From NCBI RefSeq assembly GCF_009914755.1, contig NC_060929.1: 64,000 bases of DNA; one strand, written 5' to 3'. Of the stretch, positions 44,293-58,580 are shown piece by piece; the first letter of the stretch is position 1, and each line of letters opens with the position of its first letter. Below the pieces are notes generated by a model, which worked only from the letters and a program-made list of their open reading frames with translations, ran no database searches and was not told the origin of the DNA. A program made the position numbers and the translations under genes. The stretch comes from the human T2T-CHM13v2.0 reference genome, Homo sapiens.

Positions 44293-44574
44293 GCATGTTA
44301 AAGTACAAAAATACTCAAAATTGGAGTTGGTTGGGGTGGAAAAAGGACTTATGGGTTATAGCTACATACTTTCCTAAATTGATATGATTTATTTTTTTTT
44401 GTTTTCCATACAAAAACTTAGGAAATACCTGAAGTTGCATACGTGAATAATAAAGTTTGTTTCAATAAATGATGCTGTTATCATAAACCTATTTTTGGTC
44501 AGTTATTTTCATGTTGACCACATTTTTCTAATGAAATGTTAACAACATTCCATTGCATGTAATAATTATGTAAT

Positions 44575-44790
44575 AATAATAATGTTTACTAAATAGTCCT
44601 TGGGATGTTTCATGTATTTCACCTCAATTCTTACAATAATCTTATAAGTTATTATTAATAAGACTAATATTATATTGTACTTAATATTATAATTCCCACT
44701 TTATATTTGAGGAAATTGAGATACTCAAATATTACGTGATTCGGCTACATTTTCACTGTAGGTTGGCTGATTCTAAGGCCTATACTCTTT
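44575..44790 (-). mobile_element. MIR relic
   Basis: 'aattcttacaataatcttataag' and 'cccactttatatttgaggaaattgag'. Confidence 0.5.
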
Positions 44791-47700
44791 TATATTGTTT
44801 ACCATTATGTTTGTTTTCGTTCAATGTCTAATATAATAACATGTTCAGGCATTAAATTAAATTACTGTTTTCTTCTGTAACTAATATTGCTGCTGATTAT
44901 GATGATTACACTGATGATCTTGGAAAGATTTTGCCAAATATCTTGAGCGTAAGTCCAAAGCAAATTACATTTTGGCCATTTATTCAGACAATAATAATTG
45001 CAGTAGTCCCATCACTGTGTACACCAAACTGGATTGATAGTGCAAATAATGAAAATAATTTATAGTCTTGTTTCTAGTCTTAAAGTTGTCATAGTTTTAT
45101 GTATTTATGACAATAGTATTCATAAGGTGTCATCAGATAACTGATATGTAAATTTATTTTCAAATAAAGAAGTCATAATATTTGTTTAAATTATTATTAA
45201 TGGAGAAAACTTTTACTGGGATGATTAAATTTTATCTGTTGCCTCATATAACACAAAACCTGGATTAATGATTCAAAACTAAGCTGTTTATTATATCTGG
45301 TAAAATCAAATTGAATAACTTAGACTGATGAGTCAAAAGGCCATGCTAATGAGACTACATGTACTTCAGTCTTAAATGCAACATTAGACAAATGCTAAAT
45401 ACTTGCCAACTTATAGATAAATGCACAGAAGTTCTCTAAGTTTTGATTTCCAGGGACTCAAGGCAAGAAAAAGGGGACATAAACAATCTTGAACTTAGGT
45501 GGAACCACCAATTTGGATAAATTAAGAGGTGATATAAAATCAATCAAGAATTATTCAGTGATTGAATCTGTGCTAACGAAGCTGCTTTGTTCACGGAGGT
45601 GTCATCTGGAAGGTGAGCCTGCCCTTGTTCTGGGAGGGTATTGAATGGGTGTTGTTTTCCTCTTGTTTTTGTGGGACAAGATTCTCTTTCACAACCTCAG
45701 GGAATCTACAAACATTCTAGTAACTTCTTTTTCCCCCCACTTACTTTGATGATTTGAAAAGTAATTCATATACTCAACTATAAAAAATTATTAACTCTAA
45801 AAATTGCTTGTGATATCATTGAACACATAAAATAATTTATATCGTTAGTAAATATTATTTTCAACCATCCTATATAATGGTGATCCACCTAAAATTATAT
45901 TTGAAAAAAATGAGTTCCACTGATGAAATAATTGTCAAGGCAAGATAGAAGAATTTTCCACATATAGGAATGGAAATAATGTTTTTATTTGAGCAATAAA
46001 AAGGAAAGAAAATTAAAAGAAAAACTGAAATGCCTCCTAGACACTTTAATAAAGAATAATATAACAATTTCAATTACTTTGATCACTGGAGTATATGTCT
46101 CTTGTTAAATTGACTTTTTAAGGATTCCTACATTTTTAATGAGTTGTGAACACTGATATTAAATTTTTTTCATGATAGATAGCCCTAAAAATACATCCTA
46201 GTTGTTGTTATGAAGATATCTGTATTTTGTCATCCATTATAAATTTACATGCTAAAACACAGAACCATTTTTATTCACCATGCTTATGATTACCATTAAA
46301 ATTGTATTATTGGATAGAATCTAATTTGACTAAAAGATCTTTCTTCTACAAATTGTTTATTTATTTTTATGCACGCAAAATTATTTGGTAACACTTTTAA
46401 ATGTGACTTTTTTCAAAAGTTTGTATAGAAATATATACATTTAGTTTGATATTCACTAATGGTTTTTAATGTACACATTATGGCTTTACCTCTAAGGGAG
46501 GATATTCAAGGACTTTATAGCTATCTGCATGTAATTCAATCTTGATTACACACATTAATTGTGTTGTTTTTTCAGATGATATACGGTGCATAGACGAGTT
46601 TTATGTGTTGAGTTGGGAGACTCCCTCTGCTTGTTTTGTGTTCTTGTGCACAGTCAGGGACTGACTTAATGTGCTGTGTACGATCATGCTGACCACCAAA
46701 CGCAAAAATGTTGAGTGCACTGACATGCTCCAACCTCTTCAGGTCTAAAACAATTTTCTGACCACTACATTGCAAAACCAGATAGCTGAAAGAGAGCAGC
46801 GTCATTTAAAGTTGCCTCTGAGATCAGCTAAAGTCCATTTTCCCTCTTCCATCTATGCCTTTCAAGAGCAGGAGATGGACTCTACATCTCAGAAGTTTGA
46901 GGAATAAAAGGAACAAAGGCAACTTTCCCTTAGGAAGTCTAAATTACTTACATGTAACCTCAGAGTCCTTCAGTTTCACAATAAAGCCTAGGCAGTGCCC
47001 GCAGAACACTGACATGGTGGTGCATGAAGAGAGGGCCTCTTCAGGGTTAATTCACCTCTGCATCTGTTGATGTCCCATGGCCTTGAAGTCTCTAGGGTCT
47101 TCATGTACCTTTATTTCTTTTTGGTGTGTTTGGATCTCTGCCTGTTTACTTACAGCGCTCATGCTGTATGAAAAGAAGCAGGCTAGGATGTTTTATCTCT
47201 TGTCTGAGCTGCTTCAATTAAATTAATGGGCCCATTCAGCTCACTCTTTCCCCTTTCAGATGTACCCCTGATGAATACATTAAAAAGATCTTAAGTCTCA
47301 AGATGGTACATCATGGTATTAGCCAGGCACACATTTCCCTCTGCCTTCTTTTTCTGTAAATCAAATAATTAATGAGATCTCCACCTCAATAAAGCACTTC
47401 ATCAATATTTTGTGGTAAAGGGGAAAAAATGCCCTCTTTGCATGTAGTAGAGCTTTTATCTCCATCTATGCAGAATTTCGTGGGCAAATGTAGTAATATT
47501 GAAATGACAAAATATTGACTGATTCTTGTAGTTTGTTCCTCTGAGCCGAGAAGGATTAGTTAAAGGCTGTATATGCTGTTCAACAGAGAAGCAAACGGCA
47601 AGCTTGTCAATATACCGTGGATATTTCGTGCTCAATATTTAAGCTGTAAACATCAAGTGGGACACATTAGTTCTGCAGAGTTTTATGTCACTAAAGGAGG

Positions 47701-50133
47701 TCATAGCTTTTCTATGGAATGTGCATATGGCTTCACTTTTTTAAAATAAAAAGTGAGCAATTGTCTATGTTTAGCTATGTTTAATTATTTTTTTGTTTTA
47801 GGATATTTTGTCTTTTCACAATGTCTTTTACTTTAAACTTTAATTCAAAAATGACACCAGATGTGTACATGACTATAGTAGATCTACTTTAACTTGCTGC
47901 ATGAGAAGGTTCCTTTTTATAGATTATAGATACTACATATTACCTTAGAGAAAGAAAGCCAAATTCTATTTGTTTTGTACAATGCTTTCCACTTGAGCTG
48001 GCAACTATTTATCACTTCTGAGAAGAGGGCAAAACCATAAAAGTTATGAAAATTTCTCCCCCTTTCTCGTTTTTACAGATGGAATCTTAATTGAAGAGAC
48101 AGGTATGTCTTCCTGAAGTGTTTAGATTTTGTTTTGGATAAGTATTCATAAGCCATATTTGATATTTCTTTGAACACTTCGTATCAATCAGCATACAAGT
48201 CAGAGTCTAATGGGAATTGAGCCTGGACAGAGGTGAAGAAGAAAATATGAGAGATGAGAGAGGACAGAGACAGAGAGCAAGAGAGAGAATTTAAATTCGA
48301 TTCACATTGCCAGATATTACGCTTACCTCAGTACATCCACGTCACAATAACTCAAAACAAAATTTAGTAAACTACTAAAGGGAAGGAAGGATGTAGTCCT
48401 TATCTTTGTAGATTGTGAATTCACGCAACAAAATTTAAAGCAGTAGGAGGCCTAAAGAACAAATACTAGCAAATGAAACGGGACAAAATTAAACAAAACT
48501 AAAAGATTTGCTGCTTTCATAACAATAATTGGATATGGTTAGAGTATGACTGGGAAAGACTCATGAAGAAAGGTAAATTTGAAGCAGTGCTTTGGTGAAG
48601 AACAGGTATGCTCATGTGGAGATATCAAAAAATCGAAGTGTTGGAAATTTATAAAAGCATCATTTATGTAAAATCTTACATTTCACTCAATTTCAACTGA
48701 ATGTAAAAATTAAGTACAGGTGCAGATCATGTGAAATATAATTAAAAGTTTCATTTAAATCTGTGAACTGTATGTTGCATTGAAACATAAAAGCCTCCCG
48801 CAAGAGTACGTAAATAAATTACTACTTGTTAACCTAAGAGGAAAATATTAATAAATTTTGAAGAGAAGATATGTTTACATTTTTGTACCACAATACAATG
48901 GAATGTAAAGCCCAAAGTCACTATCAAAACATTAAAAATTACTTAGAAATTCATTAAAATTTTCCAAAAATTAGTTTTTCCTAAAAGAAAATAAAAGACC
49001 ATAACAACAAAACTTTGTGTCAAAATAAAAATTGTTTAAGGATTATCTCATTTCACTCAAAACCAGTTCATGCCTGCAGATCCTGTAGTTTTAATTAATT
49101 ATGGATTTTATACAAATGTCTTATTAAATGTTGAGTAGATATAAATTATTTATAACAGATATATGAAGTATTAAGTCTAATAATACAGTAATAAAGCACA
49201 TCAATTTAGGGACAAAATTAACTTTATATGTAAAGTCCCTTGTGTAATCTTTTCTAATTTACAGAAAAGTACAAAAATTAATTTCTTTTCTCTCTTAGTT
49301 AACCACTATGTTAAGTCTCGTTTATCATCCCTGACTCTTCTGAATATTTCTACCACACCCATTTTATTCCAAATGATACTTTGTTTAGTCGTGTATGTGT
49401 TGAATGTTATATAAACAAAATCATATGAAATCCCTGACTTGCCCTTTTACCTGTCACTGTGTTCTAAATTAAATCATGTTGTATTTAATCTAATTTAATT
49501 CATTATTGCTGCTGCATAGTAATCCATACCAGAGTTTGTGTACCCATTTTTCTGTTGATAGTTATTTGGGTAATGTCCAGATTGTTGCATTTGTAACAGT
49601 GCCACTAAGAACATGTACTGTCTCCTGGTACACTTAAAAAAAAGAATTCAACTTAAGTATTACATAAGAATTCCAGTCAAAGATAAGTAATTTTTAAACA
49701 TTTTTGCTGAGGTTTTTTTTAAGTACCTTCTCATATTAGGTTTACTCTTTCCAAAAACAAATGATTATTACATCAATGCCATTAAGTAATAAGGTTCTCT
49801 TTTCCATTTGTAAGGGAGTGCCCAGCCATATCTGCTTTCATAATTTCAATATTTCATGTTTCCACACTGATATATTCCCATATGCCTGAAATGTCTTTCA
49901 ATTTATTGGAAAAATAACTTTTTTATTCATGAAAACATTATATTCAAGGTAAAAAATATTGAAGGTTATAGAAAGGTACAAAAATTAAAGGCAAAAATAT
50001 AAACGCACATATATAAATGCATACACATGTATATATAAATATATACATAAATAAAATGATTATATATTAATTCCTAGCATTGAATCACTGGGTTAAACCT
50101 TCTTTGATAACAAACACTCCTGGCTGTGGAGCA

Positions 50134-50595
50134 CTGTTGGTTTTATACTGTTGTTGTAACAAATTATCACAAGCTTAGGGGCTGAAAACAATATAAATTT
50201 GTTATCTTACAATTCTGAAGGTCAAAAATCTGAAGTGGGTTAGCAGGGCTGCGTTTTTTCTGGAGACTCTAGGAGAAAGTCTGTTTTCTTGCCTTCTCCA
50301 GCTTCTAAAGACAGCCTGCATTAGTTGGCTCATAGCTCCATCTCTCATCTTCGATGCAAGCAGTGTAGCATCTTTCAATCTCCCTTTGTCTGTCTCTGAC
50401 CTTCCTGTTTTCTTCTTAGAAGGATTCTCGTAATTACATTGTTCCTAACTGGATAACCCTGGATAATCTTCCCCGTCTCAACCTCATTTTATTAATTACA
50501 TCTCACAATGTCTTTTGCTTTGTAAAGTAAGAAATTCGTAGTTTCCAAGATTAAGCTATGGGCATCTTTGGTGGACCATTATTTAGACCACAACA
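50134..50595 (-). mobile_element. MLT1D-like MaLR solo LTR
   Basis: 'tgtaacaaattatcacaa', 'ttctggagactctaggagaa', 'ccagcttcta' and 'ggataatcttcccc'; ends 'accacaaca'. Confidence 0.8.
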
Positions 50596-53402
50596 AATAC
50601 CTTCTCAGTAATCTTGTTTTTGAGTAGACTGTAAAGGGAAAAATCAATAGTGATCAAAAAGTTCAAAACTGAATCTTTTCTTTAAAAGATTCACTTATGG
50701 CTAACAAAGCAGACATTCTTACAAACCTATGGTCACTGAATGAAAGTGTGTTTCTGTGCGGTGCTTCCCAGCCTTTGGAAGGGGACTCTGATAATAATGC
50801 TGGTATTCTCTCTATAGTCAACAACTATAGCTAATTTACTCCATTACTGGCTTGCTGTGAAAAGGGAGTACCTTATTTACTAATCTTAAGATGATTGGTA
50901 CACAATTCTTCTTGCTCAGATGAACAAAACTTTTGACACACTACCCACCGATTTTTATGCGTTAACTGTGGTTTACCTACACCTGACACTTGTATCCTAA
51001 AATATTTTATGATTAGAAAACTCATTGTTTAAAAGTTGACTTTAAAGCTTTGGCAAAGCTTAGAAGCGAATCTCATTTGCCTCAATATTAGTGAGGCCAT
51101 TTGTACTGTCAGTAAAACTTGCCCTCCTACTTGGTCAAATTTACAAAGCAAATAGTTTCACCTTTTGCTACCTAGGTCAGTTTGTGGTCAATGTAAACTT
51201 TTGTGCTGTAGGAGGTCAAGTGATTCATTTTTAAAACAAAAGAAAAATATTATCTCTATCAGGATGTCAAAAGGCAGCCTATCCGATATATTAATAAACA
51301 AAGCCAGATGGTCTTCTCCTATATATTTACCCATTGCAGAGGCATTCACTGAGCTGAATGAATGTATTATAACAGCTAGGGCTTGAATTAGAAGACGTTT
51401 AATTATGAGGCACATAAATGAATAATAAAATATTCCTTCATAAATATTAGTGTACATATGGACAACTGTAGCAGAAAAGGATAAAATTATGCTAGCAAAA
51501 TTTTATGTAATTAGATTGAAAGGTTTTCAAAATTTTAATGAGCAAAGATTCAACAGGAATAATTGTTAACAAATAAGTCACTGATAATATATGAGCTGTG
51601 GCCACATTGAAAGAGACTAGATTCCTTGGGGTTGCTTGACAGTATGTTGTCATCTGAATCTTACTTAAATTGCTGTTTTTTACAATATGGCATAGGATCC
51701 CTGTTCCTGGTCCCTCCCCTATAAATACAGCTAAGTGTTCCAGTAATTATTCAACAGACAATCGTAAATGGACTTGGAACTCTGAACAGTGTAAAGAAAA
51801 AGATGAATTCACAGCCCCGAATTCTCTTGGTTTTCTTTTTGTCTCCCAAATATCCCAATGTGGGTACCAAAGAGGCTTGTGATCTGGAAGCACCACCAGG
51901 TGTAGACCAAAACAAGCAAAAAACTCCTGCAGAGGGGCGTCCTTTGCCCCATCTCTAAAGAGCCAGCAAGCCTGATTGGGAGGGACCCACACCAGAAGTC
52001 TGGTCACCTCCAAGCCCTCCACCTTTGGCTTTATGGCACAAAGCTTCTTCTGACTCATTATTTAAAAAATAAAGGTAGGTATGGTTAGGCAACATTGAGC
52101 TCTGACAAGGAGAAAGTTCACAGTCTTTTTAGGCAAAAGAAAAAGAATAAAACTTTTGTATAGAAAAATATTTAAGTGCAAGACAGTAAAGTTAGATCTA
52201 ATTAAATCATAGTATTTCCAATGCTATTTAGATTCAAAATATGTTGTGTTAGGTTAGACAGTGTTATCTTAGAGAAAACTGATGCAGAGATTTTCTGATA
52301 TGAAAGTCTTACTACATCTTCACAGAGAAAGGGAGAAGCTTGGATCTCCTACTCTTAAGGTACTAACAACTATTCGAAGTCAATAAAGGGAAAGTAGTAA
52401 AGGGAAAGATATATTTGGAAGATGGACATGAATTTCATTTAGTCCTAAGGAAATTAATTAGCAGAAAGGACACAAGCACATATATGTTTTTAATCAGCAG
52501 TGTAGACATTACTTTGAACAAATAGAGATAACCAACTTAAGCTTAAATACTGAGATGGTAAAAGACATTTTGCTGAAAAATAAAGGCAGAGTTGACACGA
52601 ATGTCTTTTGTGCACTGCCCAAAGGGCCTTGGGAAAGGTAAAGTGGGGCAAAATTTGGTCCATAATTCATGTGTCAAGTCATGCAGTGCAGTTCTGCGTC
52701 TACCAAAGAGAGGGAGTGACATTTCTACTTATTGCAATATCACTGATCACCAAACCATTCCCTTGTAGGTCGGCCATCCACCAGACAGACACTTTTTTCT
52801 CCTTTTCCCAAAAGTACTGTATAGACTAATTATATACCTGGGGTAAATATGCAAAACGAACACTCAAATAATGACAAAAAAATCAAAATAAAAGTGTCAA
52901 CCCCAAATGGGTGTGTCAGCCATGGCATTTGGAAAAATGAAAGTCACACAGAAAAATATTGGTGGTGCCCATCCGAAACTTGTCAACAACCCTTGAGAAA
53001 GCTGTGGCTGCTAACTTGGAATCTGTTCAGTGCTATTGGCAAAACTTTTTTTATGAATACTCTGAGACAATTGCCATATTAACCATTAAATGCATTAGCT
53101 CTCTTTTATTCTCACAAAACATTTTGCAAGCACAATTTTGATTCTGTTCTATATGTGTTTGAATGGAGCATCCACGCCATTCTTCTGGCCCAGTGTTTCA
53201 TGGAGAAATAATTATTGGCTGCTTGAATAAAAGTATAAAGTATAAGCATGGGCTTTTGTTGTGCTAAAGGACAGACAGAATTTCAAAATGGAGACTCAAA
53301 GAAGGCTAAGTTAATTATCGTGAGAAAAATTATGGAGCTGTTTAGAGCTGAAATAATTTTGACTTAGAAAATCTGGAAATATGGAAGATTTATATTATCT
53401 AT

Positions 53403-53495
53403 TTCCTTCCTTCCTTCCTTCCTTCCTTCCTTCCTTCCTTCCTTCCTTTTTCTCTCTCCGTCTCTGCCTCTCTTTCTTTCTTTCTTTCTTCCCTT
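53403..53495. repeat. (TTCC)n followed by a CT-rich tract
   Basis: Directly visible polypyrimidine tract. Confidence 0.95.
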
Positions 53496-53604
53496 CACCA
53501 GCTGCTCTGAGGAGTTTAGGGACATTTTATTCTTTGCACCATGCAATAGCATTCTTTGGATCCCCTTGAGATGTGGATATAGAATCATGAAACTTAAAAT
53601 CCTA

Positions 53605-56600
53605 ATCATATTTTAATTGCAATATGATTCACAAAAATGCACAGATTTTAAAAGCACATTTTAATTAGTTTTGACAAATGTACACCCCCTTGTAACCACT
53701 ACCCAAATCAAGATATTAAAAATTTTCATTATCTCAAATATTGTCATCAAGCCCAATTACCAACTCCTACAGTAATATCCAGAGTTCTAATTTCTATAAC
53801 TAAGTTTTGCCTTTTCCAGAATTTTATATAAATGCAATCATGTGGTAGGTATTCTATTTCCTTTCTCATACATTCTGTTTTATATATCAGTTCGTTTCTT
53901 CTGATATCCAAGGCCATTGCATCATATATGAATATACCATTTCCAGTTTCTATTTAATTTGAATAAAACTGTTATGAATATTCTCATACATATATTTTTG
54001 GTAGACCTATGTTTCCGTTCTTGGGGAAAATGCCTGAGAGTGCAATTGCTGGGTCATGGAGTAATTGTAAGTTTATTTTTATAAAGATATGCTGAGTGAT
54101 TTAATTACTGCTAAACATTTTACATCACTTCTCACCATGTATGAGAGGTCCAGGGTTCCTTATCCTTGCCAAAACTCATTTTTGTCAATCTTTTACATTT
54201 TAACTATTTTAGTGGGTATATAATAATATATCAATGTCGTTTTAATTTGTATTTAACTGATGACAAACATTATGAGAACACCCTTTTCTGTGTTTATTGG
54301 TTATTAATATATTTTATTTTGTGAAGTAGCTGTTGCTCATTTTAATATGAAGATCTTAACTTTTATTATAGACTTGTTGGACTTAAAAAATTAGTCTATT
54401 TTGGACACAAAACTTTGCAAGATATAAGTATTGGGGGTATTTTTTCAGTCTGTGGCTTGATATTTCATTTTCTTGATGGTCTTTTAATGAGCAGAAAATT
54501 TTAATTTTGTTTAAGTCTAATACATCAATTACTTTGTTTCATTTTTTGTTAGTTATTTTGTCTGGCATAATATATATTTTCTTACAATAGGTAGCACAGA
54601 TATTTTTCTAAGTAAAACAAATTATATTTGTACCTTTTAAGTTTAGGTCCATGATCCATCTCAAACTACCTTTTGCATATGGCATGAGGTAGGGGTCTGG
54701 GTTTATCTTTTCTCAGACATTATACAGTTATTTCAGCGTCTTTTGATGAAAAAGTTTTCTTTCACACATTGAATTACCTTGGCACTTTTTCAAAAATCAA
54801 TTGATTATATATGTTTAGGTTTATTTCTGGACCCTATCCTTTTTAACGGCCTATTTTTCTATCCTTACGCCAAATGCATACTGTTTTGATTACTTTAGCT
54901 TTATATTAAATCATAAAACCAGATTGTGTATGTTCTAATATATGCTTCTTTTATAGAGTATTTTAGCTGTTTCAGGAAGTTTGATCTTTTATACAGACTA
55001 GTACAAATAATAAATTTAGCTAATCAAGTTTTGAAAATATAAAAGCCTGCTAAAATTTTAATCCAGATTACTCTGAATGTGTATATCAATTTGGGGGAAA
55101 TTTACATCTTGACCGTATTAAATCTTCCAATACATTAACACTATATCTCTCTCAATTTATTTAGGACTTAGTCAATATTATTTACTTATTCTTTCTGTAA
55201 TCTAATAGTAGATTCTCAATGTAGATGTACTGCGCATAATTTGCTAAATCAATTCTTAAGTACTGTATGTTTTTGATGCCATTATAAATAATATTTTAAA
55301 TCCATTTTCTAATTGTATGTTGCTAATATGAAATGCAGTTAATATTTCTGTTAATCATGACCCTGTGACCTTCCTAAATCAATTTTATCAATTTCAGTAG
55401 TAGTTGTGTTTTGTAGATTTATTAGCATAGGAAAGAGTTTAACTCATTTCCAGTTTTTATGCTTTTTCTTTTCCTTGCTCTTTAGATTTGGCCCAGACTT
55501 CCAGTACTATGTCAAGTATAAGTGATAAGATCAAATATTCATGACTTCCTCATCTCAATATAATGTTCTCTATAAGGTTTTCACACACGCACTTTCGTAG
55601 AGGAGGAAAATTCCCTCCTGTTCCTAATTTGCTAAGAATTTTTATTATTTTTATAAATGTGTGTTGAATTCTTTCAAATGCTTTTTTGACATATATGGAG
55701 ATGACTGTTTTTTAAGGTAATATGTTAATTGTTGATTTTTACTGATTAATTTTTCACGTGGTAAACCCAATTTATATTTCTGGGATAAAATCCAGTTGTC
55801 AGGAGTTACTATTCTTTATTTATGTTGTCAGATATGTTTGTGAATATTTCGTTAAGGATGTTTTTATATCTACGTTTATAAAGGATGTCATCTGTAATTT
55901 TCTCTTGTCAATTTCCTGTCTGGTTTAGATATCAGGGTTTTGCTGTTCTTATAACACAACTACATAATGTTTTCTCATCTATTATTTTCCAAAACTGTCT
56001 GTATAAGATTGGCATTATTGTTTTCCAGAAATATCTGATGAATATCAACAGTGAAACAATCTGGCATGGCAGATTTTTTATAAGACAGTTTTTAATTACA
56101 AATTTAATTTTATTTTTAGAGATAACACTATTCAGATTTTGTGTACCGTCTCATATGAGTTTTGGTAATTCCTGTCTTTTAAGATATTTGTCTGTATTAC
56201 GTATTATCAAATTGTTAGCATTATGCTGTCTGTAAAACTCCCTTATAATCCACCCAATATCACTGAAAATAATTTGTGTCATCTCTTATTTCTGATATTT
56301 CTGGTATTGTGTGTTTTCTCTGTTTTTGTAGTCGTCTGACTAAAGATTTATTATTTCTGTTAATCTTTTAAGAATTGGTGTTTGGCTAATTATGTTTATT
56401 ATTTTCTGTTTCATAGTTTATTAATTTGTATGTATATCTTTATTATTTTTTACTCAACTTTGCATTTAATTTACATTTCTCTTATTTATTTTTAATTTTC
56501 CAAAGTGAATGGTCACATAATTTATTTTAAAACTTTTCCAATAAAAGCATTTAAATAGATTTCTAAGGAAAAAATTATTTTCTTCTTTTCTTAAAAAAGG

Positions 56601-57820
56601 AAACCCTTTACTCCATTTCCAAATGTTAAAATGTTGAGTTTTCATTATCATGTATTTAAAAATATTAAACAATTGTTCAATTGTTTTTGAGACTGAACTT
56701 TTGTATGTGTTATCTCGAAATACAGTTGTTTGCTTTTCAGATATTTAAGGTTTTCTAGGTAATTTAAGTAAAATTTTCCAATTTAATTCCATGTGGTCAG
56801 AGAAAATTCTCTCTGCATATATGAGTATAGATAGATATCTCTATATATTTTTTCATATTCTATTTTTAGATAAGTTTTTGATATATTATATAAACATATG
56901 TACAATATATAGATTATTTATACTATAGTTTATATAACGTGTGTATATATTTATATACAAACACATATACACATACATTTGATTATGGCATAGTATCCAG
57001 GAGAATGAATATTCTGATGTTTTGTGTGGAGTGTTCTATAAATATTAATTGTGCTAATTGTGACAAGTTGCTTGAGAGCACTGTTTCAATTTTCTATATT
57101 TTTAGTTATTTTTTCCCATCAATTACTGAAAGAGAAGTGCTAATATTTCCAACCATAATTGTAGATTTGTCTATTTATGCCATTAGTCCTCTCAGATTTT
57201 GCTCTACGTACTTTTGAAGCTCTGCTATTTAGTACGGACATATTTAGGATTATTTTATCTTTTCGATAAATTGATAATCTTTCTATCATTGAGAAATGAC
57301 TCTCTTTTACCTCTGGTAAGATCTCTTATCTTAAAGTTTACTTTGATCTATTTTATTCACACTAGTGTTTATATGCTTAGTATTTCTTTTAGTTCACTTT
57401 TACAATCTCTGCTTTTTTATTGCAATGTTTCTTTCATTTACATTTAATGTGATTATTTGATGTGAATGAGTTAACACCTACCACCTTGCTCTTTGTTTTC
57501 TACTTGTCTCCTTTCTTGTGTGTTTGTATGTTTGTTTGTTTGGTCCTTCTGTGTGTTCTCCATTTGGATTGATTAGCTATTCTACTAGTTTTATTATATC
57601 ACCTTTATTCGATTTTTCACTGATCATTTTACTCTTTTAATGATTGCTCTAACAGTCATTACAGTCCATCATGAATATTCATCCTTCATTCGTTACAGTC
57701 AGCCATGAATTATTTTTATGCCAACACATATGAGAAACTTCAAAGACCATAATTTTTATACTTTCTTCTAAACTTTATGCTGTACCATGTAGACATATTT
57801 TATGAACCACGTAACACATT
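53605..57820 (-). mobile_element. Long old L1M (L1MD/ME-type) fragment; probably resumes after 58600
   Basis: 3' end 'ttttgacaaatgtacacccc.ttgtaaccactacccaaatcaagata', then ORF2-like 'gtccatgatccat', 'gattactttagctttata' and 'atcaatttgggg'. Confidence 0.75.
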
Positions 57821-57825
57821 CTAAT

Positions 57826-58580
57826 TTTCTTTTTTAAAATAATTTTTATTTGTATTTCAATAGTTTTGGGGGCATGGTAGTTTTTGGTTACGTGGATAAG
57901 TTCTTTAGTGGTGATTTCTGAGATTTTAGTGTGCTCATCACCCAAGGAATGTACACTGTACCCAATATGTAGCCTTTTATCTCTCATCCCCCTTTTCAGC
58001 CTTCCCTCCTGAGTCCCCAAAGTTCATTATGTCATTCTTATGCCTTTGCATCTTCATAGCTTAGCTCTCACTTATAAGTGAGAACATACAATATTTGGTT
58101 TTCCATTCCTGAGTTACTTTACTTTGAATAATGGCCTCCAGCTGCATCTAAGTTGATGCAAAAAAAAAAAATTGCTCCTTATCATGGAGGAATAGTAGTC
58201 CATGATGTATATATACCACTCTTCCTTCACCCACTCATTGGTTGGTGGGCACTTAGGTTGGTTCTATATATTTGCAATTATAAACATGAATGTGCATGTG
58301 TCTTTATCATATAATGCTTATTTTCCTGTGGGTAGATACTGAGTAGTGGAATTGCTGGATTGAATGGTAATTCTACTTTCAGTTTTTTAAGGGATTTCCA
58401 TATTGTTTTGCATAGAAGTTGTACTAGTTTGCATTCCCACCAGCAGTGTAAAAGTGTTCCCTTTTCACCACATTCACACCAACCTCTATTGCTTTTTGAC
58501 TTTTTAATTATGACCATTCTTGCAGGAGTAAGGTGGTAACTCATAGTAGCTTTAATTTTTATTTTCCTGTTAATTAGTAA
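57826..58580 (-). mobile_element. L1PB1-like 3' fragment
   Basis: 'ggataagttctttagtggtgatttctgagatttt' and 'aaagttcattatgtcattcttatgcctttgc'; ORF2 C-terminal remnant at 58278-58544. Confidence 0.85.

Noticed and set aside
46561-46670. + strand acceptor (ttttttcag at 46575) as a coding exon
   Set aside because: All three frames hit stops within about 90 nt, with no convincing donor and no recognisable peptide.
51890-51945. CTCF-like motifs (ccaccaggtgtag, cctgcagaggggcg)
   Set aside because: Each mismatches highly constrained core positions.
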